From Gammaproteobacteria bacterium (GTDB lineage: Bacteria; Pseudomonadota; Gammaproteobacteria; CBDBNL01; JAAOII01), in assembly GCA_965209035.1 (NCBI GenBank), contig OZ242372.1, forward strand, positions 1,888,001 to 1,952,000: a DNA stretch of 64,000 nucleotides, written 5' to 3'. Each line of letters starts with the position of its first letter. The first letter of the stretch is position 1. The notes beneath the pieces were generated by a model. It had not been told where the DNA came from. It searched no databases and saw nothing but the letters and a program-made list of their open reading frames with translations. Both the position numbers and the translations under genes were made by a program. Of this stretch, positions 30,481 through 40,954 are shown piece after piece.

Positions 30481-31407
30481 ATGATACCAAATCAGTTAGA
30501 AAAAACGCAAACAAAAGGCGCGGATTTCGTCACTCTGGAAGAGACCATCGGTGAGACACCTTTGGTGCGGTTGCAACGATTACCGGGGACAGCAGACAAC
30601 GCGGTCTTATTGAAATTGGAAGGTAATAATCCGGCCGGCTCGGTGAAGGACAGAGCGGCAATTAATATGATTCGGACGGCCGAGCGGGATGGGACCATCC
30701 GCCCCGGCGAGCGTCTGGTAGAGGCGACCAGCGGCAATACTGGGATTGCTTTGGCGATGGCGGCCGCATTAAAGGGATATCAAATGATTTTAATTATGCC
30801 CGCCAACGCCAGCCAAGAGCGTAAGGACATCATGGGTGCTTATGGCGCAGAATTGATAGAGGTGACACAAGAGGAGGGCATGGAAGGTGCGCGCGATCTT
30901 GCCGAAGAGATGTCGCGCCGCGGTGACGCCAAGAGACTGGACCAGTTCAATAATGCCGCCAATCCGTTGGGACATTATCACGGGACGGGACCGGAAATCT
31001 GGCGACAGACAGAGGGGCGAATCACTCACTTTGTCAGTTCTATGGGGACTACGGGAACAGTCACGGGATGCAGTAGGTTCTTTAAGGAGAGAAATAAGGA
31101 TATTCGGATTATCGGCTTGCAGCCGGCCGAAGGAGCAAATATACCCGGTATTCGCAAATGGCCGTCGGCTTATATGCCGGGTATTTTTGATGATACTTAT
31201 ATAGACGAAATCCGGGATGTCAGTGAAGAGGAAGCGGTTGAGACGGCAAAGCTGCTCGCAAGAAAGGAGGGTATTTTTTGCGGTATTTCTTCCGGCGGGG
31301 CGGCCAGTGTGGCTCTGCGAATTGCCTGCGAGAGTAAAGATGCTGTCATCGTTTCCGTCGTTTGTGACAGGGGCGACAGATATTTGTCCACGAGAGTATT
31401 CGGCTGA
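30481..31407 (+). CDS. cysM: Cysteine synthase B
   Basis: KLEGNNPAGSVKDRAA, EATSGNTGIALA, SMGTTGT, CDRGDRYLST. Confidence 0.93.
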   Translation: MIPNQLEKTQTKGADFVTLEETIGETPLVRLQRLPGTADNAVLLKLEGNNPAGSVKDRAAINMIRTAERDGTIRPGERLVEATSGNTGIALAMAAALKGYQMILIMPANASQERKDIMGAYGAELIEVTQEEGMEGARDLAEEMSRRGDAKRLDQFNNAANPLGHYHGTGPEIWRQTEGRITHFVSSMGTTGTVTGCSRFFKERNKDIRIIGLQPAEGANIPGIRKWPSAYMPGIFDDTYIDEIRDVSEEEAVETAKLLARKEGIFCGISSGGAASVALRIACESKDAVIVSVVCDRGDRYLSTRVFG

Positions 31408-31486
31408 TTTTACGGTTTTTATAATAATGAACGATAATGAACAATAATAAATAATAATAAACAATAATAAACAATGAAAAGAAAAA

Positions 31487-32287
31487 ATGAAACAGTTATT
31501 GCAAAATAAAACGATATTGATTGTCGGGGTGGCAAGCAAATTGTCCATCGCCGCGGGTATTGCCGAGTCCATGAAGGAGTGCGGTGCAAAGTTAATCTTT
31601 GGTTATCAAAACGAGAAGTTACGCAGTCGGACCGAGGAGATAGCGGCCCTGTGCGGTAGCACCAAGGAGGACTGCTTTGAGTGTGACCTTGGCAGTGACG
31701 AGCATATCGGTGAAATGTTTGCGGCCATTAAAGATAAGTACAAAAATTTGGACGGGGTTGTGCATTCGGTCGGTTTTGCGCCTCAGGATCAACTAAGGGG
31801 TGATTTCACCGAGGCAACAACCAGGGAGGGATTTCGTATTGCACACGATATCAGTGCCTATACTTTTATTGCTTTGGCGAAGGCGGCCGCACCTATGCTA
31901 AACCCCGGTTCCAATCTGCTGACTCTGACCTATTATGGTTCTCAGAAAACACTGCCGAACTATAATGTGATGGGTCTGGCAAAGGCAAGTTTGGAAGCAT
32001 CGGTGCGCTATTTGGCGGCAAGTTTGGGTGAGCGGGAAATTCGGGTTAATGCCATCTCTGCCGGTCCGATCAGAACACTTGCCGCTTCGGGCATCGCCGA
32101 TTTTCGCAAGATGTTGAAATATAATGCCGGGCGTTCGCCGCTGGGGCGCAATGTAACTGCACGCGAGGTTGGCGATGCCGCCTCTTTTTTGGCATCGGAC
32201 ATGGCGAGCGGGATTACCGGCGAAGTGTTATATGTGGATGCGGGCTTTCAAGTTACCGCGATGGGTCTCAGGGAGGAGACGGATTAG
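31487..32287 (+). CDS. fabI: Enoyl-ACP reductase
   Basis: [43 protein letters not shown]. Confidence 0.97.
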   Translation: MKQLLQNKTILIVGVASKLSIAAGIAESMKECGAKLIFGYQNEKLRSRTEEIAALCGSTKEDCFECDLGSDEHIGEMFAAIKDKYKNLDGVVHSVGFAPQDQLRGDFTEATTREGFRIAHDISAYTFIALAKAAAPMLNPGSNLLTLTYYGSQKTLPNYNVMGLAKASLEASVRYLAASLGEREIRVNAISAGPIRTLAASGIADFRKMLKYNAGRSPLGRNVTAREVGDAASFLASDMASGITGEVLYVDAGFQVTAMGLREETD

Positions 32288-32458
32288 AGTGATTTTTGTT
32301 CCTGCCGATATTCATTTTTTTAGGGGCATTTAAGAAGATCATTTTGAAATTCAGCCTCTCGGTAAACAGAGAGAGTGTGCGCCTTGATAACACCTTATAA
32401 TAAAATCAATCATTTTAGCGGATATAACTTTAAAGCAATAAACAAACAAATATAAGAT

Positions 32459-34657
32459 ATGCAATTTGCCGATACTATTACCATTCAGATTAAGAATCTT
32501 CTTTCGTTGGAAAAAGAAAGAATTTCCGCCAAACAAACCTTGTTATTGGTACTGATCGCCTATGCCTTCGGTGCCGGTTGCCGGTTGTTTTACTTATTTA
32601 AGGCGTTGGATAATCCGACGATGCTCTTGGATGGTTTTCCAATGATCAGCACCGAAGACGGCTACCTGTTTGCCAATTATGTCAAAGCGGTTGTCAATGA
32701 CTTTTCGCTTGCGGACAGTCGCTTTTTTAAGGATATATCCGGTCGCGGACTTCTTGTTTTGCTCGCTTGGCTGGGGTATGTAATCACCCCTTTTACGATA
32801 GAGCAGGTGGCGGTCTTTTTGCCGGTCATCTTCCCGCCTCTGGTCGTATTGCCGTTGATTTACTTGGGCCGCTTGCTGGGTAGCACCATTTGGGGATTTT
32901 TTGCCGCTGTGATTACGGTTGTTGGCACCAGTTTTCTGCGACGCACCTCTTTTTCTTATTTTGATACGGATTTCTTTGTGCTTACTGTGCCGTGTTTGCT
33001 CATTCTGTTAGGCGTTTATGCGATCCTAAATCCGGGGTTACGCGCTGTCTTATTGTTATCCCTGTTTGTGGCATTGACCGATTGGTTGGATAAAGTGCAG
33101 GTTACCGGGACCCTGCATTTGGTCATTATGTTGATTTACTTTATGAGAAACTTTAAGCGGCCGACTCTTCCGCTTGAGTTGATCTTGATGGCATCGGCAC
33201 TTGCGCCGGATTTTCGCCAGTATTATGAAAGATTTTTATTGGTTGGGGTTCTGGGCTGTGTGATGTTTTTTCTCAGACGCTATTATTTTTTGATAGATCG
33301 CAGATGGTGGTTGGGAATATCCCTCGTTTATTTGGGCTATGTTCTTTGGAATAACCAGCTTTTCGGCACTATTCGTTTCTATACGAGTTACTATGGCGAT
33401 GCGGGACGAGGCGTCGGTGGTGGCGGCGGAAATTGGAATTATTACCAAGTTTCCGGAACCATTGCGGAGGCACGCACGGTCAATATGGAACAACTCGCCA
33501 GGGAGACCATCGGTTATACCTGGATGTTTCTTTTCGGTTTTGTCGGTGCTTTTTTTGCGCTGGCGCGTTATCCTGTGCTGGCTGTGGGCGGAGTGCTGTT
33601 GGGCGTCGGCGGTTTTGCCTTGCAGGGCGGCATTCGTTTTGTGGTTTACTTGATTCCGATTGTGGCAATCGGTGCGAGTTTCTTCATACTTTTAATACAG
33701 CGTTATGTGCATCGCTATGTACCGCGACAATATTTTAGCCATTACTTCAGTTGGCTGCTCGCTGTTGTTATGCTTGCCGTATTTTTATATCCGGGGGTAA
33801 GGCTCGCTTACAAGAATCAACCAAGGTTTGTCGCTCATCCGACCCAAGTTCAGGCGTTGCAGAGATTGGAGAAAAAGGGCTCACCGAAAGACTATGTTGT
33901 ATCTTGGTGGGATTACGGATATGTGATGTCCTATTATTCCGGCATGCAAAATATCATCAACGGCGCCAAGCATAACGAGGACAATTATATTGTTTCCAAG
34001 GCTTTTTCTTCCACCTCGCAAGCACTGGCTGCCAATTTAATCAGAGAATCTGTGGAAGCATACGAGGCCGGCGGGCGAGGAAAGAAAGCCACCAGTATAC
34101 TCTTTGGCGGCCGGCGTCCGGACTTTTCTCCGAGCACATTCGTTAGGAGCATGGCATCACCCGATTATGTTTTGCAGCATAATGCAACCCGAGACATCTA
34201 TTTGTATGTGCCTTATCAAATGTTACGCATCTATGGTGTGGTGCGTTATTTTAGCGATCTCAGTCTGGAAAGTGGCAGGCAGCAGCGTGCTCCCTTGATT
34301 GTCGGGAATTTTTACAGAGTGGACAGAGAAAAAAATAGGATCATTTTGCCGAATTCTATGACCGCCGACCTGACCACAGGGGAGCTGCGACAACGCGGGC
34401 AGGTTGTGGGCAAAATCAATACCATATACAATCATCAAGTTAAAGGACAGAACTCGGAAATGGTCGCTTTCCCCGTAAGCGGGATAGGGAACTTCTTTTT
34501 GATACTGTCACCCTATTACAGAATTGCTCTGGTTATGGGACCGGAAGCATTTAATGCCAACTTCATTCAGATGTTCTTTTTTAACAAGTACGATAAGAAT
34601 TATTTTGAACTTGTGGAACGCACACCTGTGACGACGATATACAGATTAAAGATCTGA
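32459..34657 (+). CDS. pglB: STT3/PglB-type oligosaccharyltransferase
   Basis: Multi-TM N-terminus with STEDGY, RT...YFDTD, TIAE and GGIRF; periplasmic WWDYGY, INGAKH and RDIYLYVPYQMLRI motifs. Confidence 0.9.
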   Translation: MQFADTITIQIKNLLSLEKERISAKQTLLLVLIAYAFGAGCRLFYLFKALDNPTMLLDGFPMISTEDGYLFANYVKAVVNDFSLADSRFFKDISGRGLLVLLAWLGYVITPFTIEQVAVFLPVIFPPLVVLPLIYLGRLLGSTIWGFFAAVITVVGTSFLRRTSFSYFDTDFFVLTVPCLLILLGVYAILNPGLRAVLLLSLFVALTDWLDKVQVTGTLHLVIMLIYFMRNFKRPTLPLELILMASALAPDFRQYYERFLLVGVLGCVMFFLRRYYFLIDRRWWLGISLVYLGYVLWNNQLFGTIRFYTSYYGDAGRGVGGGGGNWNYYQVSGTIAEARTVNMEQLARETIGYTWMFLFGFVGAFFALARYPVLAVGGVLLGVGGFALQGGIRFVVYLIPIVAIGASFFILLIQRYVHRYVPRQYFSHYFSWLLAVVMLAVFLYPGVRLAYKNQPRFVAHPTQVQALQRLEKKGSPKDYVVSWWDYGYVMSYYSGMQNIINGAKHNEDNYIVSKAFSSTSQALAANLIRESVEAYEAGGRGKKATSILFGGRRPDFSPSTFVRSMASPDYVLQHNATRDIYLYVPYQMLRIYGVVRYFSDLSLESGRQQRAPLIVGNFYRVDREKNRIILPNSMTADLTTGELRQRGQVVGKINTIYNHQVKGQNSEMVAFPVSGIGNFFLILSPYYRIALVMGPEAFNANFIQMFFFNKYDKNYFELVERTPVTTIYRLKI

Positions 34658-34742
34658 TTAAATCCCGAACCCGACTGCCCGCGGCACCGGTTCAAACCAT
34701 TTCCAAGTACTCTTAGTTTTGCGGCAACGGATGAAAAATCCG

Positions 34743-35996
34743 TTATTCGTTATTTTTTTTAATGTCCTTTCCGCGTGTTTCTATGCGATGTTTGAGTTGC
34801 CGGATTTTTCTCAAAATAACTTTCGGCGAGATCCGACTGTAATCGCCCGGCATGAATGCGTAATTTTGCGGCTCTCTTTCTTTTTTCGTTCTAAACGCAA
34901 AGCCGGCATATTCTCGCCAGGGAAAAGATTGAATGTAGCGGGCATAGTGTAATCTGCGACCGGCTGCCATCATATAAAAAGTATATGTATAGTGCGGTGC
35001 AAAATGACAAGGAAATAATTCCAACAGAGCGCTATTGGGCGGAGTGAGCAGAATATGGCCGAGACCGGCACCGTGCATGCCGATCAATATATCCGTTTCG
35101 TTGATGCGTCTTAATTGCTCTTCCAGCGGAAGGTCTTCCATACGAGCGGGTTCAATGTTTATTCCCAAAGGTTGCAAGTTTTCACGCAGATAATTTAAAA
35201 GAGTTTATTCATTAAAAATACGCCGAATAGTGATGTTATTGGTTTTGTGAAAGTATGCGGGTCCCCTGGAAACCAACAAAACCCGAGTTACTTTTTTGAC
35301 GGGCGGAGCGGGTACTATGTCATAACTTGTCAAAATGTCTTGTCGCAATTCCTTCGCCAGGTTTGTATCCGCCCAGAGTGTCCAAATCAGCGGATTTTTG
35401 ATGCGGACGAATTTGTTGAGACGATAGCATCCGGACATTTCCCGCCCCGGCGAGAATTTTCCGAAGTGCTTGATAAGTTGCTCCCGCCCGATTTCTGCCG
35501 ATGGATAAGGCATGATCATCCGCGGAGAAAAAGATAACAAACGACAGTCTTGTTCATTAATTCCCAAAATTTTAAGATTGTATTTAATCGCAAGAAAAAG
35601 TGAGAGATTGACAGTCAGATTGTAGGGTGTGTGAAAATTTCCCTGAATCCAGTATCTGTGCGGATCCGGGTCCTGTTTGGCCGCTCCTTTTTGTGTTAGT
35701 GGCACAAAAACGGGAGCGCGATTCGGTGTGAATGAGATGGCAACGGACTCGGGCGGTGAAGGGGTAAAAGATGTTTTACGGCTCTTAATCTTGGAGAGAA
35801 GCGAGTATCCGCAGCGGCGATAAAGTATAATATCAAAGAAGGTAATCAGTGCCATTAGAATTCCTTTGAGATTGACTACCAAACGATTCAAAATAACTCG
35901 GAAAGGGACCTTGGAGCGGGATGCCGATTTATTTTGCATTTGGTATTGGACTGAGTCGTTTTTATTTTGGATATATAAAAGAATTATAAGAAGCAA
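34743..35996 (-). pseudogene. GT61 (DUF563)-like glycosyltransferase interrupted by one in-frame TAA
   Basis: ORFs 35205-35996 and 34743-35177 share a frame; read-through gives RRIFNE*TLLNYLRENLQPLG...EEQ...DILIGMHGAGL...LLELFP. Confidence 0.75.
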
Positions 35997-36119
35997 GCAA
36001 ATCTCATATACTCGGCGAGTGAGGGGGAGAAAAACATTTATTATTGATGGTTATAAGAATACTATGAACATTTCGGACATTTTAGGCATTTCGGGCATTT
36101 TGAATAATGCACAAAACAG

Positions 36120-38036
36120 ATGGCACTTAATCGGATAACTTACGACATCATTGTGGTCGGCGGCGGCCATGCGGGGGTGGAAGCCGCATCTGCGGCCGGT
36201 CGTATGTCGGCGAGGGTTTTATTAGTGACGCAGAACCTTGACACCATTGGTCAAATGTCTTGTAATCCGGCGATTGGCGGACTCGGTAAAAGTCATCTGG
36301 TGCGTGAAATAGATGCGATGGGCGGGCTGATGGCACAGGCGGCGGACGATGCCGGCATTCACTTTCGGATTCTCAATTCTACCAAAGGACCCGCGGTGCG
36401 AGCCACCAGAGCTCAGTCCGACAGAGATCTGTATAAACTGGCAATTAAACAAAAACTTGCCGCATACGATAATGTGCAACTCTTTCAACAAACAGTGGAA
36501 GACCTGATTGTCCGCAGAGGACGAGTGCACGGTGTGGTGACCGGCGGGGGACAGGAGATATATGCCCCGGCGGTGATTTTGACGACCGGGACCTTTTTGG
36601 GCGGAATGATTTACCAGGGCGAACAACGCCAAGCGGCCGGGCGTGCCGGCGACGCACCGGCAAATGCCCTGGCCAGCCGTCTGCGCCGCCTGCCGTTTCG
36701 TGTCGGTCGTCTCAAAACGGGAACACCGCCGCGGCTTGACAAGCGAACCATTGACTTTTCGGTGATGGAAGAACAGCCGGGCGATTCGCCGCGTCCCACT
36801 ATGTCTTTTGATGCGACTCCCGCAAGACATCCGCAACAAGTATGCTGTCACATTACCGCCACAAACAAGCGTTCTCACAGAATCGTTACCGCGAACAAGC
36901 ACCGCTCGCCAATTTTTGGCGACAAGGTTCAAGGCAAGGGCCCCAGATATTGTCCGTCCATAGAGGATAAGGTTGCCCGGTTTGCGGGGCGCGATAATCA
37001 TCGTATTTTTGTGGAACCGGAAGGGCTTCATTCCGCGGAAGTCTACCCCAACGGCATTTCCACCAGTTTGCCTTATGAGGTCCAACAAAGGTTTATTCGT
37101 TCTATTGCGGGGTTTGAGAAGGCGCACATCACCCGACCCGGTTATGCCATTGAATATGATTACTTTGACCCGCGCGATCTGTCAATGTCTTTACAGACTG
37201 AAGCAGTTAAAGGGTTATTTTTTGCCGGGCAAATTAATGGAACCACAGGCTATGAGGAGGCGGCAGCCCAGGGCCTGGTGGCGGGGATTAATGCGGTTTT
37301 GTGTTCACAGGGTAAAGAACCTTGGTTGCCCGCCAGAGACACAAGTTATATGGGTGTAATGCTTGACGATTTAACGACTCGGGGAGCACCGGAACCCTAC
37401 CGGCTGTTCACCAGTCGCGCCGAATACCGATTGTCGCTGCGAGAGGACAATGCGGATGCCAGGTTGCGTCCCGCCGCCCACAACCTCGGTTTGCTGGACG
37501 CCCAAACTTGGGAGAGATTTGGCAAGAAGGAGGCAAGAGTCAACGGCGAATTATCTTTTCTCAGACAGAAAATTCTAAAGCCGACCGAAGCCAAGGCGGT
37601 CGGATTGCATGCTATGCTTGCGGCACCGCCGGATACGGCCGTTCGTCTGGCGGATCTTTTGCGGCGACCCGAGGTGCGATACGCACATATCGCAGCATTG
37701 TTGCCAAACGGTGGCTCCGGTGTGCAAATTGCCGCCCGGGTGGAAGCCGAGATCAAGTATGACGGTTACATCAACAGACAGGCAACCGAGATAAGGCGTG
37801 TTCGGGCGAGAGACGAAATGCCCATACCCGCGAATTTTGATTTTGCATCCGTTAAGGGGCTATCCGGTGAATCTTTGGAAAAGCTGTGTTCGGTGTCGCC
37901 GCCTACTTTGGGAGCGGCCGGGCGTATCCCCGGATTAACACCCGCGGCTGTCGGCATTTTGTCGATTTACCTGCACAAGGCGAAGGTTCGGCAATCTTCG
38001 GGTATTGTGCTGCGAGAAACACAGGCCGGTCATTGA
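36120..38036 (+). CDS. mnmG: tRNA uridine 5-carboxymethylaminomethyl modification enzyme
   Basis: GGGHAG.EAA, MSCNPAIGG, RLKTGTPPR, GPRYCPSIEDK, AGQINGTTGYEEAAAQG. Confidence 0.97.
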   Translation: MALNRITYDIIVVGGGHAGVEAASAAGRMSARVLLVTQNLDTIGQMSCNPAIGGLGKSHLVREIDAMGGLMAQAADDAGIHFRILNSTKGPAVRATRAQSDRDLYKLAIKQKLAAYDNVQLFQQTVEDLIVRRGRVHGVVTGGGQEIYAPAVILTTGTFLGGMIYQGEQRQAAGRAGDAPANALASRLRRLPFRVGRLKTGTPPRLDKRTIDFSVMEEQPGDSPRPTMSFDATPARHPQQVCCHITATNKRSHRIVTANKHRSPIFGDKVQGKGPRYCPSIEDKVARFAGRDNHRIFVEPEGLHSAEVYPNGISTSLPYEVQQRFIRSIAGFEKAHITRPGYAIEYDYFDPRDLSMSLQTEAVKGLFFAGQINGTTGYEEAAAQGLVAGINAVLCSQGKEPWLPARDTSYMGVMLDDLTTRGAPEPYRLFTSRAEYRLSLREDNADARLRPAAHNLGLLDAQTWERFGKKEARVNGELSFLRQKILKPTEAKAVGLHAMLAAPPDTAVRLADLLRRPEVRYAHIAALLPNGGSGVQIAARVEAEIKYDGYINRQATEIRRVRARDEMPIPANFDFASVKGLSGESLEKLCSVSPPTLGAAGRIPGLTPAAVGILSIYLHKAKVRQSSGIVLRETQAGH

Positions 38037-38068
38037 TTTTATGATTTCGTTATCAAGGAATAAGACAG

Positions 38069-40669
38069 ATGAATGAAGGAATAACCGAACCGGGTTTGGA
38101 ATTTGTCAGCATAGAAGACGAGTTAAAGCAGTCGTACTTGGATTATGCGATGAGCGTCATAGTGGGGCGTGCGCTGCCGGATGTGCGCGACGGACTCAAG
38201 CCGGTGCATCGCCGGGTGCTGTTTGCGATGCATAAACTGAACAACGATTGGGACAAATCTTATAAAAAGTCCGCCCGCATAGTCGGCGATGTCATCGGTA
38301 AATATCATCCGCACGGTGACAAAGCGGCCTATGACACGATTGTGCGAATGGCACAAGAGTTTGCAATGCGTTACAGACTGGTGGATGGTCAAGGTAACTT
38401 TGGTTCGGTGGACGGTGACATGCCCGCCGCAATGCGATATACGGAAGTGCGGCTGACAAAAATTTCGCATACTTTTTTAAGTGATCTGGACAAGGATACC
38501 GTAGACTTTGTTGCCAATTATGACGGCAGCGAGAAGATGCCGTCCGTTTTGCCGGCGCGTGTGCCGAACTTACTAATCAACGGAACTGCCGGGATTGCCG
38601 TGGGCATGGCGACCAGTATCCCGACACACAATCTTAGTGAGGTAATAGACGGCTGTCTGGCAATTTTGGAGAATCCCGATATTCAAACCGAGGACTTGAT
38701 GCGTCATATACCGGCGCCGGATTTTCCGACAGGCGGTTTTATTTATCGCAGTCGTGAGATTGTCCGCGGATATGCCACAGGTCGCGGGCAGGTGCGTATG
38801 CGTGCCAGGCACGAACTGGAAGAGAATCGTGAAGGGCGCGAAGGGCGGACGCGTATTGTGGTGACAGAAATTCCTTACAGAGTGAACAAAGCGGATCTTT
38901 TAACCAAGATTGCCGAATTGGTGCGAGACAAAAAAATTGAAGGAATTGTCGATCTGCGCGACGAAAGCAACAAGGACGGGATGCGTATTGTAATTGATTT
39001 GAGCCGGACGGCAATTTCTCGTCTGATCATTAACTTGTTATACAAGCATACGGCATTGGAAAGCAGTTTCCCGATTAACATGGTGTGCCTGGTAAACGGC
39101 AAGCCGCGCACCCTGACGCTGAAAGGTATTTTGCAAGAATTTATTTCCCATAGGCGCGAGGTGGTCATTCGGCGCACATTGTATCTTTTGCGCCAGGCCA
39201 AACATCGCGGGCATATTCTGGAAGGTCTCGCCCTGGCACTTGCCAATGTGGATAAGGTCATTGCTCTGATTAAGCAGTCACGAAACGCCGCCGAGGCCAA
39301 ACAGGCCCTATTGGACCGAGTTTGGGACATGCGCGATCTCGCGGATATTTTGGAAAAAGCAAAAGCGGGTGACTGTCGCCCGGATACTTTGGGACCGGAG
39401 TATGGAATTCAAAAAGAAGGGACAAAAACTCTTTACAAGATGTCGCCGCAGCAGGCGCAAGCCATACTGGATTTGCGATTGCAGAGATTAACTTCTATGG
39501 AAAGACGCAAACTCTATGACGAATACGGCGAAACCATTAAGCGTATCGGACAATTTTCCGGTATCCTTAAGAACCCGGACAAACTGCGGGCTTTAATCAG
39601 AGAAGAGTTGGAGGAAATGAAAGAGCAATTCGGCGACAAGCGCCGTTCGGAAATTATTGTTGAAAGAGGTGATCCGGATGCCTTGGATTTAATCAAGTCC
39701 GAGCAACTGGCTATTTTGCTCTCGCGCAACGGGTATATTAAAGCCCAACCCTTGTCCGAGTTTAAACAACAAAAGCGCGGCGGACAAGGCATCACCGCAA
39801 CCGGCATCAAAGAAGAAGATGCGATTGAGAAGTTAGTCAACGCGGACAGCCATGATTGGCTTTTATGTTTTAGCAATACCGGGCGCGTTTATCGTATTCC
39901 GGTGCACGAGATTCCCCAACTGGGCCGGCTGGCGCGCGGGAAGCCGATTGCCAATCTCCTGCCGTTGGGTGCGGATGAAAAAATTATTACGCTTTTCCCG
40001 CAAGGGCGAGATGTTGCGGCGAATGAAGATCGCTTTATTTTGTTGGCAACCGAAAGTGGGCGAGTCAAATGCTTGCGGGCAACCCATTTTGTTTCTGTGC
40101 GATCGAACGGGTTGAACGCCATCAAATTGCTTGACAACGACCGGGTAGTCGGTGCGCTCTCCGTCCGGGGTAAGAGCAATATTTTGCTTGTTTCTTCGGG
40201 CGGGCTTGGTGTGAGATGCAATATGGAATCTTTTCGCCCGCAAGGGCGGGGTGCCGGCGGCGTGCGCGGCATGCGCTTAGGGAAAGGACACAGATTAATC
40301 AGCATGCTGCCCGCGGACGATGCAAAATACCTGATTACGGTTTCTGTGACAGGCTATGCCAAACGAACACGCATTGAGGACTTCTCAATCCGCGGCCGCG
40401 GTGGCAAAGGGATGATTGCTATGCGGATGAACGAACGCAACACAGAATTGGCGGGTGCTTGTGTTGCGAATGATGATGATGAATTGATGCTGATTGTCAA
40501 TAACGGCAAGTTGATCCGATTGGCAGCGAAAGGAATTTCTATCCAAGGCAGAACTGCAAGTGGTGTTCGCACGGTGCGGGTTACGGGAGAAGGATTCGTG
40601 AAGAGTTTGACCTGTCTGTCGGGTGTCGAATCGGATCGGGACGAGTCGCATGAGCCCGACAAAAAATAA
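38069..40669 (+). CDS. gyrA: DNA gyrase subunit A
   Basis: [30 protein letters not shown] and the GyrA-box QKRGGQG. Confidence 0.97.
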   Translation: MNEGITEPGLEFVSIEDELKQSYLDYAMSVIVGRALPDVRDGLKPVHRRVLFAMHKLNNDWDKSYKKSARIVGDVIGKYHPHGDKAAYDTIVRMAQEFAMRYRLVDGQGNFGSVDGDMPAAMRYTEVRLTKISHTFLSDLDKDTVDFVANYDGSEKMPSVLPARVPNLLINGTAGIAVGMATSIPTHNLSEVIDGCLAILENPDIQTEDLMRHIPAPDFPTGGFIYRSREIVRGYATGRGQVRMRARHELEENREGREGRTRIVVTEIPYRVNKADLLTKIAELVRDKKIEGIVDLRDESNKDGMRIVIDLSRTAISRLIINLLYKHTALESSFPINMVCLVNGKPRTLTLKGILQEFISHRREVVIRRTLYLLRQAKHRGHILEGLALALANVDKVIALIKQSRNAAEAKQALLDRVWDMRDLADILEKAKAGDCRPDTLGPEYGIQKEGTKTLYKMSPQQAQAILDLRLQRLTSMERRKLYDEYGETIKRIGQFSGILKNPDKLRALIREELEEMKEQFGDKRRSEIIVERGDPDALDLIKSEQLAILLSRNGYIKAQPLSEFKQQKRGGQGITATGIKEEDAIEKLVNADSHDWLLCFSNTGRVYRIPVHEIPQLGRLARGKPIANLLPLGADEKIITLFPQGRDVAANEDRFILLATESGRVKCLRATHFVSVRSNGLNAIKLLDNDRVVGALSVRGKSNILLVSSGGLGVRCNMESFRPQGRGAGGVRGMRLGKGHRLISMLPADDAKYLITVSVTGYAKRTRIEDFSIRGRGGKGMIAMRMNERNTELAGACVANDDDELMLIVNNGKLIRLAAKGISIQGRTASGVRTVRVTGEGFVKSLTCLSGVESDRDESHEPDKK

Positions 40670-40715
40670 TTTAATTTTATAAATATCTTAAAATTTTAAG
40701 AATTATTTTCAGGAT

Positions 40716-40943
40716 ATGTTTCGTAAAATTATAGAATTGATTGTGGCACTATTAGCGATTGCGGATAACAGTGCCGATCAAATGCGAGAGAGGCTGATTG
40801 TGAGAACGAGGATATGTTTGTTATTATGCATATTCATATTAATGTTCTCGCATGAAGGGATGCTTAAAGCGGTATGGAAGATAGTTGATTACGGGGTGTC
40901 CGACAAGTTCGGACAGTACTCCTCGTCCGGGCTACAACAGTAA
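40716..40943 (+). CDS. Possible small hydrophobic protein (75 aa)
   Basis: ATG-initiated ORF preceded by agga that fills the gyrA-nrdA gap; two hydrophobic stretches; no family recognised. Confidence 0.3.
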   Translation: MFRKIIELIVALLAIADNSADQMRERLIVRTRICLLLCIFILMFSHEGMLKAVWKIVDYGVSDKFGQYSSSGLQQ

Positions 40944-40954
40944 CACAGTAACTC

